Assembly (NCBI GenBank): GCA_965216295.1 | Contig: OZ244141.1 | Coordinates: 4,864 to 68,863 of the forward strand | From: Minisyncoccota bacterium | GTDB taxonomy: Bacteria; Patescibacteriota; Minisyncoccia; Phycocordibacterales; JABAAK01 | DNA length: 64,000 nucleotides | Reading direction: 5' to 3' | Shown: in pieces, positions 33,901 to 44,900 of the stretch | Layout of the letters: each line of letters opens with the position of its first letter | Numbering within the stretch: the stretch's first letter is position 1 | Program-made: the position numbers and the translations under genes | The notes under the pieces: model-generated | The model's database searches: none | The model's input: the letters and a program-made list of their open reading frames with translations, nothing else | Told to the model about the DNA's origin: nothing

Positions 33901-35995
33901 CCTGAGGTCCAGTTGGTCCACCACCTTTAGTTACCACAAAATCAAAGGAACCATAGTCTGTATTAGCAGACAAAGAATTGATAACCTTAACACAATATCT
34001 ATAATTTCCACTCCTCCTACTGTAATTATTGAAATATTTGTTAGTTATATCGTTATGTGTAGAAGCATATTCTGTATCTGCAATAGTTTCACAGGTCTGC
34101 TCAGCCCCTGGATTAAGTATAAGAGCGGATGTTGTTGTAATGTCAGCTGAGGGGTTTGTCGTTATTGTAAATAATCTACTAGTCTGTTGTGTGTGTTCAA
34201 TTGTTTGATCAGTCAAAAACCGTATAGTGTTGCCATTCTCCTCTATCTGACCAAAGATTGAGTTTGGTACAATGGTGATTGTTACAACTGAATCATAAGT
34301 GGCTTTAAACCTAAAAGGATCAGTTACCCCTGTTCCACCACCACTGCCTCCTAGTCTTGCTTGGACACAGAAGATGTAATCGTTGCCGTGCACTATACTA
34401 CTGTCGTCATTTTTTATGTTACCTGCTTGGTAGGATGCATTGTCTGTAGGACACACCTTAGAATTATCACTATTATCCTCAGAGACATGATAGTGATACG
34501 AAACTTGACGGTCCAGTGTGGGTGGGGTTTCTGGGTCTGTTGTAAATATATCAACAGGATTACCGTTGTCCCTTTGGGTTCTATTTTCAGAGTTTAAGAA
34601 ATAATTCCCAGAATCTGCCGGATATTCTGTAATATTGGCAGGGACAATAGTAGGGATAGGTGGGTTGTTGGATATGTGCTCCGCCGTAAAAGAACTAAAA
34701 TCCTCTAAAATAAAAGATGGTGAAGATGATGACGAAGGTGCTCGTGCATATGCGAATTCATACCTATTAGGATATGATGTGTCAGGAGACTTGACCTGTA
34801 GCGAAGTTACACCCGCTGGAAATCGACCTCGTGCAAAGTTATTTCCTCCGCTATCTGTAGTGATAGAAATTGGAGAGGTTGTGTTTTGATCTACCCAGGT
34901 AAGAGGCCCATCTGTTCCATTGATCTTACTTAATATAGCAAAATAGTCTCCCGCTTCTCCAGTTATTGTAAGAACACCTTCATCGGTTATCGTTGGTGTG
35001 TCTGGACTTACAAAGGGAGTTCTGTATCCTCGATTTGGGCTCTGAGTCAAACCATCATCGCCATTTAGAAAATATGAAAAAGTATAAACCTTACCTCTAT
35101 CTAAAGACTGTGCTGGTTGTATGTACACATCTAATTCTGGCACTTTATTTCCGAAAATAAATAAACGCCCAACTATAGTTGCCACCAGAGCATTTGATTC
35201 ATATTCTATATCTAATGTGTTTTCAGCTCCATATGTATGTATAGGATCAACGAAAGTATACCCATCTGAGTCAATAAACTCACTCAGGTTTACAGTTACT
35301 TCATTTATGGTAAGCGTTCCGCTAACATTAGTACTTGATGCCAAACTGGTTTTAATCCTAGTTATGATAACTGGCTCATCAAATTTTATTACCACTTTTT
35401 CAGCATCACGACTAGATATTACACCCTTCTTATCGTACACACTAATTTTGTCCCCTCTGCCAAAATCGGCTATATAACTGTAAATACCATCATTCGTAAA
35501 ACAATTTCCACCATTCTTCCCAGCCTCAGTATTAATATTATAACCACCAGTTTTTATAAATGGATTGCCTGCTCGGTTATAAACTTTGCAAGAAGTAATA
35601 ATTGAATTACCAGACGATCGGATTGATAAAATATCTTCTTCTGCTGATTCAGAAAATTGCCCTCGTGCAAGGTATGGGTTACTGCCACTTGTAGTGATTG
35701 TTCTGGGAAGAGCAACATTCTTCTCTACCCAAGTAATATGTGTGACGGCAGATTCAATTTCACTTGCTACATCAAAAGTCCGACTCTGATCAGAACCTGT
35801 TATTTTAATAATTGGTTTTAATGGATCATCCGTGTTTACTATCTCTGGTCGTAAAGGGTCTACCGCAAAAGTAGCCTGAGTGAATATAAATGCAGATATC
35901 ACCAAGAAAAAGAGTCCCCAAACATATGATTTGGAGTGAAGATTATTCATTTTTTGTTTTTTCATTCTACTTGTCATATTACTACAATTATACAT
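23561..35995 (-). CDS. Giant secreted/surface protein of 4144 aa, with Ig-like/adhesin-type repeats and the same C-terminal peptidoglycan-binding anchoring module.
   Basis: N-terminal signal peptide (..VWGLFFLVISAFIFTQATFA). Many VDTTPP, VDKAPP and DTTAP domain boundaries. Its ATG overlaps the TAA of the upstream giant gene (TAATG). The C-terminal roughly 460 aa are nearly identical to the C-terminus of the 3715-aa protein. Confidence 0.8.
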   Translation of the reverse strand: MYNCSNMTSRMKKQKMNNLHSKSYVWGLFFLVISAFIFTQATFAVDPLRPEIVNTDDPLKPIIKITGSDQSRTFDVASEIESAVTHITWVEKNVALPRTITTSGSNPYLARGQFSESAEEDILSIRSSGNSIITSCKVYNRAGNPFIKTGGYNINTEAGKNGGNCFTNDGIYSYIADFGRGDKISVYDKKGVISSRDAEKVVIKFDEPVIITRIKTSLASSTNVSGTLTINEVTVNLSEFIDSDGYTFVDPIHTYGAENTLDIEYESNALVATIVGRLFIFGNKVPELDVYIQPAQSLDRGKVYTFSYFLNGDDGLTQSPNRGYRTPFVSPDTPTITDEGVLTITGEAGDYFAILSKINGTDGPLTWVDQNTTSPISITTDSGGNNFARGRFPAGVTSLQVKSPDTSYPNRYEFAYARAPSSSSSPSFILEDFSSFTAEHISNNPPIPTIVPANITEYPADSGNYFLNSENRTQRDNGNPVDIFTTDPETPPTLDRQVSYHYHVSEDNSDNSKVCPTDNASYQAGNIKNDDSSIVHGNDYIFCVQARLGGSGGGTGVTDPFRFKATYDSVVTITIVPNSIFGQIEENGNTIRFLTDQTIEHTQQTSRLFTITTNPSADITTTSALILNPGAEQTCETIADTEYASTHNDITNKYFNNYSRRSGNYRYCVKVINSLSANTDYGSFDFVVTKGGGPTGPQAILQEDTGYSDTDGITNNGIFTVAISEEVASWTYSYKVNDVQITKNGDENMVGTGNTIIITDTGTIEIKVFTTDKYGETGEAGVVNSPVELDFVNPVPPSLSFDKSAETITIGDLETVSGSSWKYKLDDGSYVDGTSTTISTTSLSLESHTIYTQQTDVAGNISTEAQLDFSTAKPPVITPNSRVIYSNEGVNYLNIQGAEYRADGNAVPIFTVSANGSANIKYAVRSGSNVSSTQCENISNYPYTSIPTNQDSSFIADGTTYKICVKGEIEGAGVYVSFQYTVDRTLPSEYTVTGNPAVIQTEGGVNYLAFSKVGNDTRPLVILSPPEGVLSSEFNYSDIDANAENNPCSFSEYARDYDYFESGTVISPKDLRTNDTYSHQKYYTCFANPDAAFNFRSIKFFFTLVKPAPIKIFNAGINNSGLTGYVPQAESAGLVTFEFSRTSTLMTDSLADCTSAALTYESYTPPDIVYAWVTSLSPTTPLVENQTCFKATDFVGNISYKNSKNSEDGTVTKFLPVTANGEEVAGKTVDDIRYTKDGEISFTGLSVPNTQVNIYIQAHSDSLSWTVAPIEVAVSVDGTFEVPIQTFANGRYDIGASVIASGLDPTAIKKILDLEVNTSPPQPLTFNINPSAFIEKIEGGVPRYFITSNTFYGEPEDIILELDSEGYPDPVIRSFGTKPISTTGDVPDSYCDPTSSQYIGLLSRIDSGYSTTPVIKHYMLNRYTIGNVKDPIPDGRWANCFRLKDSFGNTSYKVFNFQVDKAPPNPPTVNLKDDTEDAEDLVSDPTLSISDLETVEGTQWSYDVYAKKTSLTLSDTTLTTTGASPTSIGTYSFPIIDQDASLIKENGKMLVRAVDLNGKLLNRDIEFSTIAGYGANLLASKGSLFSPVGSNAFDFVGGKIQGVYFDGNNIVISITTTFNASLSNYKDRFRFEIFYGHLRGSEYADTTSDTAEITPGAKLNSGERFTVIRQKDDLENTGFTAFKYILTLGRKQIPTIAVSPPEIPTTPILRIVGRPGDHFAIKTINLTNDNPYSAMWTDTDTSNPITITTDTTNSPYLARGQFPARVSKDLPNDYKTVVPEFSYCKFFGLDGSPYETYYGDADDSLTAATSCVYYANDIFSTVYSSSEVGEVVFVKKPADDNSSQAYPEKLVIKFTEPYVITAVKFGLGGFLDNFDDSNAVTVSGSDSSGQDAIQGLTAYEVVSSRSVDILFDSPVYTKGPENEIVISLTEDVSDNQSLSGFQIKGYPASMESAVEIQLDNHLESRLDYEFSYALGYASPDTSSHFGATLNYNPSKPPLTPPTVTFTDVGLSSVVDVASGRSQAVHNSNEQAIKDGSTNDPLVSITIPTIPEGGTLTSVEYSLDDGENWQTATITSNPLVASIDLDNHGEGKYKVRARYTVSKTGGITETSVGSETVDITYDTTPPDLSGLVITPDENVLVKIGPTYYLNIENSSKSLPIVTTNTPEESLLNIQSGVLLTASSFEESDCESISYTTIHSTHTNTFYPVSYTLFETGKEYGLCLGFFDYAGNIAYRVFRFTYTSVVHDTVFTANEDMVEYDDDADPQTDAKNYLNLVLSRQNPSSAIVTADPASNVQFRYKIVTADTSCDSEDYGDDSSTAYDSPIKTDDSFMTADGDYRVCVRSVNQYKNKSYANYDFTRDTVVPEGNNPFVLTGDSDSGVQGDNKTNDTTPNFEIESLENGETVKTYIYNKTTEGTDVDPEDLTIIAETGNSATIAFGNNVAISDLVDGEYDIRFQVRDAAGNVSALENNSLIITIDTTPPSIPLIPNLIDEDDTFGKYNNTLRVGTNTDNITNKINNLHFTLTSGNDNDDDNYQIFLYRIPVDVFAEGDEIDRDTLEPVGQAPENPYTANVYDVTNFDANTNKRVVETYTSDTIIDEERVNGREFYFVALQTDEAGNFSDIASTPVYTLTIDNTPPISWFNDLEISSNVQTTATDITFGSDGRSQSAKEDLEYYAILLRRQIVEEDSGNLIDDPNDVAFDPTSSGYKQGTILVENEDGYSVNIPYIDLGIGEDGNSRSYDAWYQVTAFAVDRAGNMVQGIDTTQIKFLEIPKKITNLRLLQSDDTGVSNSDGITNVVDGWQISGQFGKTNGEKIAGSETAVDYIELTILYGDNTPKVIPIEKPSAGEWGVVSGTSGENTIYEFSKVFEFDEEILAQDGEYQIRVQAFDDGGLHSPLSDILNIQLDTVVPTESELASFVYVYNPTLTAGNKHAFTITRNADSDVGDVSIYDDSTAIEETPSYDLVDSDQYTITTSASPDKPFATVTYKLKDRAGNESDSIQFPETLTPSKWSVYRTDNANSFVALDTSTQAIATSDLLSSSATCGVNTVEPTPYVQGSEIETTTGKACFTSLLTEGIYQAYAYQSSVNAQDPLISEFGIVSDDDTAAKGDRITKTTSVRLMGTAVAGTTGVRIINSDGDDLPVEVESDETFQTEVVDLQEGRNNFFGYVTDANGVEVGPLPLLPITLDTQAPATASTFIFSSDLFTFTTPQYLNKEKKAKRLNTVGISLGTTVTTAGIFDSFALVESTVECDDTSSYTNPITNEAAGLTEGSQKICIQTTDAAGNSVYGSSLEFVVDTTPPVVSIIKAGVANGNEGFVAAAEDLTTTIMHSFQTTVASSAASVDCSVQTPYISYKSPVILRTTGGNNPKQLCFAATDVAGNKGYKNSKEGEDGVAGLALSDTSIISSVVESVIYVGTTSIGLSGITPAGATVHLYKTERGTEAWAPLLPEFAADATTGQFTTDAITLPQGEYDIAGSITPVGETVETIRIKLLSITIDTVKLPTLTLDSNAAFTNTNRQTIYACGLSIADSAYTDSSKVKFYDGDFFVTDGTITIVDNGGECATGKVIRLSGHSFANGENSITVTIDDYAGNTSDRAIPFNLFIDTTAPVQTSFPFTKGDGELYTRSFTFTDITTISIAGTTVPYSFTQAVRVPAGAAPGVRRVSDTSVTDAGGNTVSLRVRVDNQAPTVSVREQFNVSNKRKPYLEVTVARNQASVFATEEEILTPVFAGKCSDFSVIEGQYISTSNDSADYTITINSPSSETYDDCTIQFTDEAGNLSNAITLDSFRIASSGGSGGGNGSRSIKAPEIVTNGDEVIETPTEEEVVTDKAPALPTTQETLLFTKPLKLGDEEKEVKQLQQFLNNQGFTVTDQGAGSPGQETEYFGPATKRALEQYQEAYKEEILTPLGLSAPTGVLGPATIQHIQEQTEQPIPEEEVIIIQQPDRGDTTTGTITMLRKAINALLERITTLRTQKQEDVDERERQRERQVEIEKQAVIETERREEFDRFIDLNIDSAFRYPDSLSAPSIQTSTPPLPIPPLPIEVLKPAERKVEEKRQPFVQPTQGTILQESTIQPANLPSRVFSAPEAYSTNDNVPTSSQDDVPQEKDQKVENQQSVTPPGGEGFQGSFFPRVKEGTRSIPNI

Positions 35996-38900
35996 TAGAA
36001 ACCTTCGCCATTAAATCGCAAAGCATCTCTTTCCACTTCCACCCGAGGGAAAAATGATCCCTGAAAACCCCCTCCCCCTGACTGTTGATTTTCTACCTTT
36101 TGATCCTTTTCTTGTGGTACATCATCTTGGCTACTTGTTGGTGCGTTACCATTGGTGAAGTAAGCTTCTGGAGCACTGAAAACTCGGGAGGGTAAGTTTG
36201 TTGATTGTGTTGTTGATTCTTGTAGTATTGTTCCTTGTGTTGGTTGTACGACTGGTTGTCGTTTTTCTTCTACCTTTCGTTCTGCTGGTTTTGGTACTTC
36301 AATAGGGAGAGGAGGGGTTGATACTTGAATGCTTGGTGCACTGAGAGAATCAGGGTATCGGAAGGCACTATCAATATTGAGATCAATGAAACGATCAAAC
36401 TCTTCTCTTCTCTCGGTCTCTATCACTGCTTGTTTTTCAATCTCCACTTGCCTTTCTCTTTCATCAACATCCTCTTGTTTTTGTGTTCTGAGGGTAGTGA
36501 TTCTTTCGAGGAGTGCGTTGATTGCTTTTCTGAGCATAGTAATGGTGCCGGTGGTGGTATCACCACGGTCTGGTTGAATGATGATTACTTCTTCTTCTGG
36601 TATGGGTTGTTCTGTTTGTTCTTGGATGTGCTGTATGGTTGCTGGTCCGAGGACACCGGTTGGTGCAGACAGTCCTAGTGGAGTGAGTATCTCTTCTTTG
36701 TATGCTTCTTGGTATTGTTCCAGAGCTCTCTTGGTTGCTGGTCCAAAGTATTCTGTTTCTTGTCCTGGTGATCCTGCTCCTTGGTCTGTAACGGTGAATC
36801 CTTGATTGTTGAGGAACTGTTGTAGTTGTTTCACTTCTTTCTCTTCATCTCCTAGTTTGAGAGGTTTGGTGAACAAGAGTGTTTCTTGTGTTGTTGGGAG
36901 AGCGGGTGCTTTGTCGGTTACTACTTCTTCTTCTACTGGTGTCTCTGTGACTTCATCACCATTTGTTACGATTTCTGGTGCTTTGATGCTTCGTGAACCA
37001 TTGCCACCACCGCTGCCGCCACTTGAAGCTATTCTAAAGGAATCAAGGGTTATGGCATTTGAGAGGTTCCCTGCTTCATCAGTGAACTGAATAGTACAGT
37101 CATCATATGTCTCTGAACTTGGAGAGTTGATGGTGATGGTATAGTCTGCAGAATCATTTGAAGTAGAGATATACTGTCCTTCAATGACTGAGAAGTCAGA
37201 ACACTTTCCAGCAAAGACAGGGGTGAGTATCTCTTCTTCTGTAGCAAAGACAGATGCTTGATTTCTGGCAACAGTTACTTCTAAATACGGCTTTCTCTTG
37301 TTTGATACATTAAACTGTTCTCTGACTGATACTGTTGGTGCTTGGTTGTCTACACGAACCAATAACTCAATACTGTTTCCTGAGAGATCGGCAACGAATA
37401 GTCCAGTAGATCTAGTTCCAACTTCCGCAGCAGATGGAACAGCAACTTCTCTGGTGAAGGTGTTTTGTATCCTTGTATTTGCTGCGTTATTGTTTATTAT
37501 CTGTAGTTCGTTTGCATCGGTAACGGTAAATGAAAGTCTTTTGGTAACACCAGATTGTACAAAAGGAAAGCCTGTCTGAACTGGTGCTGTAGTATCTACA
37601 GTAAATGTGCCAATACTGGTTGATGCAACATTACCTGCGTAATCTTCTGCTTGAACGGCACAATTGTTGTAGACAAATCCGTCTTCAAGTGCTGACCCAT
37701 TTGATGATGTAAGTGTGATAGTTTTTGAACCTGTTAGGAAATCACTTAACGGTGTATTAGTGCCACATAATCCTGTAACACTCAATCGTACATACTCCTC
37801 AGCTTGTACACGTATAGCGGGTATTGTGAACGATGTTATTCTTATAACTGGTGCGGAGTTGTCTATTACTAGATCAAAAACTTTTACAACAGTGGTGTGT
37901 GGTGAATCTGCAGATGGTTTGATAGAACCGGCTACATCATAGTCTCCACTTGAAAGTGATACTGATTCTGAAACAAAGCTACCATCTGTGCCAGAGTTTG
38001 TGGTTAACACATGTAATGCATTTGATTCTGACCAGTCTGTGTTGCCCTCTAGTGCTATATATAACTTTACTTCTGTATTTGGTGATGTCTGTCCCTTAAA
38101 TGTTACTGAGTTTGCCTTTGTATATCTTTTATCATCTCTTGAAGTTCCAGGAGCGCTATCATCAATTGTAATACTTGCTATTCCCTCTATTGCTCTTTTT
38201 GAATTTCTGTATCCTATATTTCCTGCTGCATCAGTTGCCTTGAAACATATTTGATTGTTGGTAGATATGGTGCCACCAGTATATGAAGTATATGAGGATG
38301 AGTAACCTTGAGCAGAACAATTTTCAGCAGCGGCACTGTTGGCTTTGTCTGTCTGAAAACTTTGTATTGTTGTGGGCGTCAAGTCGCTTACCGTTGCTGC
38401 AAACGTATCATTCCCTACTTTTATTATTGTTATGTTCGGTGTCGTGATGTCTACTGTAAAGAGGAATGAGTTGGATGTACTGTATGCCGTGTTACCAGCT
38501 ATATCAGAATTTTTAACACATATCTTTTTATCACCATCAATTAAGCCTACGTTGTCATTTGTTATTTCTTCGGTGTAATCAATCACACTACTATCACATT
38601 CAGTCGTTGCATCAACAATTGCATAGTTATTAGATACACCAGTAACCGCAGTCACAGATCCTAATGATGCTGGTGTGCCTGTGCTGTATATGTTTGCACC
38701 ATTTAGATATTTTGTAGTGGTGCCGGTTAACAATGCAGATGGAGTGAACTTTGATATTGCTGGACTCTTTGTATCTAAAGTAATGGTTGGAAGTGTTGTT
38801 GGCCCTATCTCTGATCCATCTATAGTGATGTAGCCTGAAAAAGTGTTTATTCCTTCATGTAATTCAGTCGATGGAATATTGATAAGTCCATTGTCATCAG

Positions 38901-41900
38901 TAGTACCGTTGTATACTTCTGTTTCATTTTTTTCAAAAACATCAACTTTAAACTTTCCTGTAAACAAAGCTTGTCCTTTGGTGATAGAGCTACCTGGCTC
39001 AATTGGTTCTCTTAGTTCTGCAATTCTAGTAAATTCAACACCAGTGGTACTCCCAAAATTCCCACTGGTGCTCCATCCTTTTACATCATATGATTTACCA
39101 GACTCTTCATTGGTTATTCTTATGTATGCCTTCTCAAAAAATGCATCGGTACCAATATTAAATCGATACGCAATCCCATTGATTTCAAGTGCAGTAAGAG
39201 TATTAAAGAGATAGGTTATTGTTTCAATAACCACATTTTTCTCTTCTGAGGTACCCTTTCCCAAAGTAAAAGAGATGATACCTCCTGGGGCTTCTCCAAG
39301 ATTAGATACCCGCAAATTATTTTTCGAATACCCTGTATGCTTATTATTATCTCCAGTTTGACCACCACTAGTAATCACTCCGCCATAAACAGATTGATGT
39401 ATAACTCTAGCTGGAGTGTTTGGTAGAGTGACACCTTGAAGATCTGGAGACACTACGTTGGTTATCCTGTCATTATTAGACACGCCTGTATCTTCATCTG
39501 CCACAACACTAAAGTCTGATATTAACGAAGAAGCTCTTTTTGAATTTTTGTATCCTATATTTCCTGCTGCATCAGTTGCCTTGAAACATATTTGATTGTT
39601 GGTAGATATGGTGCCACCAGTATATGAAGTATATGAGGATGAGTAACCTTGAGCAGAACAATTTTCAGCAGCGGCACTGTTGGCTTCGTCTGTCTGAAAA
39701 CTTTGTATTGTTGTGGATGTAAGATCATTTGCCACTGCTATAAATTCATCATTGCTTGAAGAGTCTTGCCCTACTTTTATTATTGTTATCTCTGGTGCCG
39801 TAGTGTCTACTGTAATATTTGTGCTCCCGTATACCGTGTTACCAGCTATATCAGAATTTTTAACACATATCTTTTTATCACCATCAATTAAGCCTGCATT
39901 GTCATTTGTTATTTCTTCGGTGTAATCAATCACACTACTATCACATTCAGTCGTTGCATCAACAAGTGCATAGTTATTAGATACACCAGTAACTGCAGTC
40001 ACAGATCCTAATGATGCTGGTGTGCCTGTGCTGTATATGTTTGCACCATTTAGATATTTTGTAGTGGTGCCGGTTAACAATGCGGATGGAGTGAACTCTG
40101 GTACTGCTGGACTCTTTGTATCTAAGGTAATAGTTGGAAGTGTTGTTGGCCCTATCTCTGATCCGTCTATAGTGACGTAACCCAAGAAGTTGTTTACTCC
40201 TTCTTGTAATTCAGTCGCTGGAATATTGATAAGTCCATTGTCATCAGCAGTACCGTTGTATATTTCTGTTTTCGCTTTTTCAAAAACCTCAACTCTAAAC
40301 TGTCCTGTAAAAAAAGCTTGTCCTTTGGTGATAGAGCTACCTGGCTCAATTGGTTCTTTTAGTTCTGCAATTCTAGTAAATTCAACACCAGTGATACTCC
40401 CAGTATTCCCAATGCCGGTCCAGCTTTTTACATCATATGATTTACCAGATTCTTCATTGGTTATTCTTATGTATGCCTTCTTATTAAAAAATGTATAGGT
40501 GTCAATATTAAATTGATACGCAATCCCTTGGACTGAAGCTTCAGTATCATCAAAGATATAGGTTATTGTTTTAATAACCACATTGCTCTCTTCTGAAGTA
40601 CCCTCTCCCAAAGTAAAAGAGGTACCGCTTGCTGGAGCTATTCCAAATCCAGTCTTATCAGTCCCAGATATACTGTCCGAATACCCTGTATGCCTATTAT
40701 TATTTCCTAGTGCATTAATACCACCAGTAAACACTTCGTTATAAACAGATTGGTAACCGTCGTGTATAACTCTAGCTGGAGTGTTTGGTAGAGTGACACC
40801 TTGAAGATCTGGAGACACTACATTGGTTATCCTGTCATTATTGGACACACCTGTGTCTTCATCTGCCACAACACTAAAGTCTGGTATCAATGAACTTTCT
40901 GCATTACTACTGGTCTGGTAAGAGTTGGTTTCATACCGTCCTTCAGTTAAGCTAGACTGAAAACATACTGTTGCTTCAGAAATATTTACCACGGTACCTT
41001 CTGTGTAAGAATCATATCCGTCGGATACACAACCTTCAGATTTTTTTAAGATAGTACTTGAAGATGTATCATCAACTGCAACATATTGAGTAGCATCTCC
41101 TTCAACATCATAGATACTTATCTCTACAGGGACTATGGGAAGTATGATAAGGTCTGATATATTACCTGCTGCATCAACTAATTTATATCCTATGGTCAAA
41201 GGAAGATCACCAAGGGTGGTATAGGAACCATTAAAAATATTACTTGCATTAAAAACATAATTGCCTTCATTGTATATATTACTTTCCGTATCGTCGTCAT
41301 TAATTCTTACTATCTCTATGTCTCTAACGTCACTTGCGTCGTTTCTAGATGCTGTAAATGTGTGTTGAGTGTTCGAATTATTTTCTACGATTTTGTTATA
41401 TGCATATTTAAATGTTAATAGATCTTCTGCTACTGGAACTATGGTATCAAGAGTTACATTTAATGCGTCAGAAGACGCTCCTTCTTCTCCACTGGCGTTA
41501 AATGTCCTTGCTCTTATCTCATATGCCCCATCGATACCTACAAATCCGTTTTCATTTAACGAAATTGCCTCACTAAACTGATAAATTGTATCATCACCAG
41601 ATCCTGTTGATGCCCACCCATCATCTGGTTTCGGTATGTCTACTGTTCTTACATTAGATGTTCCGTCTGTGGTGGGATAACCAATACTTATCTGAACTAA
41701 TGTTACTGTTGTTTCAATATCAAAGTTTTTTTCTCCTTGTGTCTTTGGAAATTCACCAGAAATTGTCCACACATCATTATCGCTAGTGATATTATCATCA
41801 TCTGCTACACCTGCTGTATCATCATCAGAAGACAAGTCTATATTCTCTGGAATAGGTGGCGCTTCTAAAACCTTAATGTTTGTAGTATCTGATCCTGCTC

Positions 41901-44900
41901 TCACGTTACCCGCATAGTCTACAACATACGCACCAACCCTATACCATGTGTTATAAGGTCTATCTACACCCAGAGATACGCTTGGTATTTGTATATTCAA
42001 TCCGTTTCCGCTCGGCGTTGTTGTAATCTGTTGAGTTTGACTTCCCTCCTTTGATGGTAAGAACCAATCATCACCTTCTACAGTCTGAAATCCATTGACA
42101 CTGTCTTCTACTAATTGGTGGAATAGTATATAGTAGTAGTCAACACCAAAATTAAGATCTGTTGTTGTTTCTGATTTACCGCTTGATATAAACGTTATGT
42201 CAGTCTTAGAAGTTTGTTTGTCCCTACATTGACTTGTTTCTGGTGTTCGACAACTATCACTGTCTGGATTCAGGTTTAAATCTTCACTCCAAGGCTGAGG
42301 AGCTTGTGTATCAATAGATAGTGTTAATATTTCAGAAAAGTCAGATACGTTTCCTGCATCATCAACTTGTAGTGCAACAAAGTAAAAATCTTTTTCAATA
42401 TTTTTCTCATCACCATTTATACCCACAGTAGAGTACGCCTCAACATCTCGAGTACCATCACTCTCTGTGTTTTTATCTTTGAACAAGTTATTAGAACCGT
42501 ATATGTGAGCAGAAACGGTCGTGTGAGGGTCTGCTGGAGCATTTTGAATTGGTGTCAGTGTAGCAATTACTCCTTCGGGAAGCTCATAGAAAAGAAGTTG
42601 GTGTTTATCTATGTCATCACCATCAGATGGTGTGAGTGCAAAGGATAAATCCCTAGTTTTTTTTGTTATGTTATCATCGTCTGTCCCTACTCTAAATTCG
42701 TTTTCGTATTTCCCAAATGAATCATCCTCTGCAGCCAAGTCGGGTATGCGAGGCGCTGCTGGTGCTACGGTGTCTATTGTAATTGTAAGATCGCCTAAAT
42801 ATCCAGACTTGTTTCCAGCCTTATCTTCTATTTGGAAACGAATTTTATATGTACCATCAGTAAATGCATTGCCATTTCCAAAAACAGCATCCGTAGTACC
42901 ATCAACTGGACCTGAAATTACTTTTGATAGTTCGGTTAGTTCGCCTCTCTCTACATTATTATTACTATTACCGTCAACCCAAATGTATGTTGTTACTGCT
43001 GAGTTTTTTTCAACATTTACAATTGTAAAGCCTGGTGTTGTGTCATTTGTTTTATTATCTCCCTGTGTACCTGAATCACTTCCACTTGCGAGTGTGATTA
43101 CTGAAGACTCAGGTGCTTTTACGCCAGAGTCTACTGTGACATCAAAAGTTGGTGGCTGTATGTATTCTTCTACTGCTTTTATTACAACAGCTTTGAAGTT
43201 TGTAGTATTAATTAAAATAACAGTACCTTTCGTTACCAATAATGGAGTAGGATATATTCCCACTGGATATAAAACTGAGTTGATAGTCAATGGATAATTA
43301 CTTTCTGTTATTGTGTAGTCTTTCTTAAAACTTAATCTAAAAATAGTTTCTGTTAGTGTGGATGAGGACGGGTATATGCCTCTATCGGAACAATCACGGA
43401 CCTTATTGCTAAGGGTCCATTTACATATGCCATAATCCCCACGTATGTTTGTTATAATATTTTGACCGCTAGAAGTATCAAATACTTCCACAATCTCTGA
43501 TTCGTTTCCTGCATCATCTGTTGCGGTGGCTTGTATTGTATTAAGCGTTCCTTCAACTGATGAGTCGGTATCACTCTGCGGTACCGTTATTGTGTATTCA
43601 TTGCCACCGCCAGTACAGCCACTACCATCTGCCGTAGTTGTTGTAGATATGGATGAAGCGGAGGTGCCGATATATATTTTAATTGTTGAACCTGTCTCGG
43701 CACATCCTATGAAGGTTAGTCCAGCAGATAAGTCTTGCGTGTAGTTATCAGAGTCACCTCCTGCAAGTCCTTCCCTAAATGTATCGCTAGCAGAATCAAG
43801 ATCTATACTTGGAGCTGCTGGTGCTGCTGTATCTTTTGTAACTGTATGTGTCACTGACTGGCTTGTGTTCTCTGCGTTGTCTGTAATCGTAATAGAGAAT
43901 GTTAGAGAGCCATCTGTAAGTGTACTTAAATCAAGATCTTTTGATGCGACACCATTTCCAAAACTAGTGATGGTACCTGAAACTGCAACATTTGAAGAGT
44001 CGGTGACTGTGTAGGCAAGAGATGCTGCATCGGCCGCTATGTTTTCTACTCTTAAAGTGTAAGCAGATTGGTTGTCTATGTTTACATGAGTTGGCATAGC
44101 ATCGGAACCCGCAGTATCAAACTGATGTCCTGTGGGAGCTGTTGTGTCTATTGTAATTGTAAGATTACCGAGAGATTGTGTGGTTTTATTTCCAGCTTTA
44201 TCTTCTATGTGATGTGTAATAACATACGAACCGTCTGCAAGCACGGCATTACTAACAGAGTCATTTGAATTAAATACGTAGCTTGGAACATCATTTCCAA
44301 AGGCGACATTTACATTGCCGTCAGTTGATCCTTGCAATGTTTCTGATATGAGAATCGTTGTACCTGCTTTAGTTGCATATGTGGATACAACTGAATATTT
44401 TTCAACGTTTGTGACTGTGAAGGTTGGTCTGTTACTATTTGTTTTATTATCTCCTGATGTACCTGAATCACTTGTGAGTGTGGTTGCCGGAACAGGAGAT
44501 GTCTTTACTCCAGAGTCTATCGTGACACCAATACCAATTTGGGAGACAACAGTATCAGGAGCAAGATATCCTTGAATATTTCCGTTCTTTATAAAATATA
44601 TAAAAACAGTAGTTCCACTTTCCACGGTCACCGGTAAACTTAGCTCAGTGCTTTCGCTTCCATAAAGATCATCACCGATTCTCAATTTCATTTTGTCATC
44701 ACCCAAACTTGTTAATGTCAATCTTCTAGTAAAAGTCAACTTAGCAAAGAACCTATTATCCCCTTGTAAATTTTTTGAACCCACACGAGTACTGCAATTT
44801 AGATTGTACTGAGTAGGTTCAGTACCATTAGTAATATGGGATAAAGCGTTAATTAGAGCAGCATTACAATTACTATAGTATCTGCTGTCTGATACTATAT

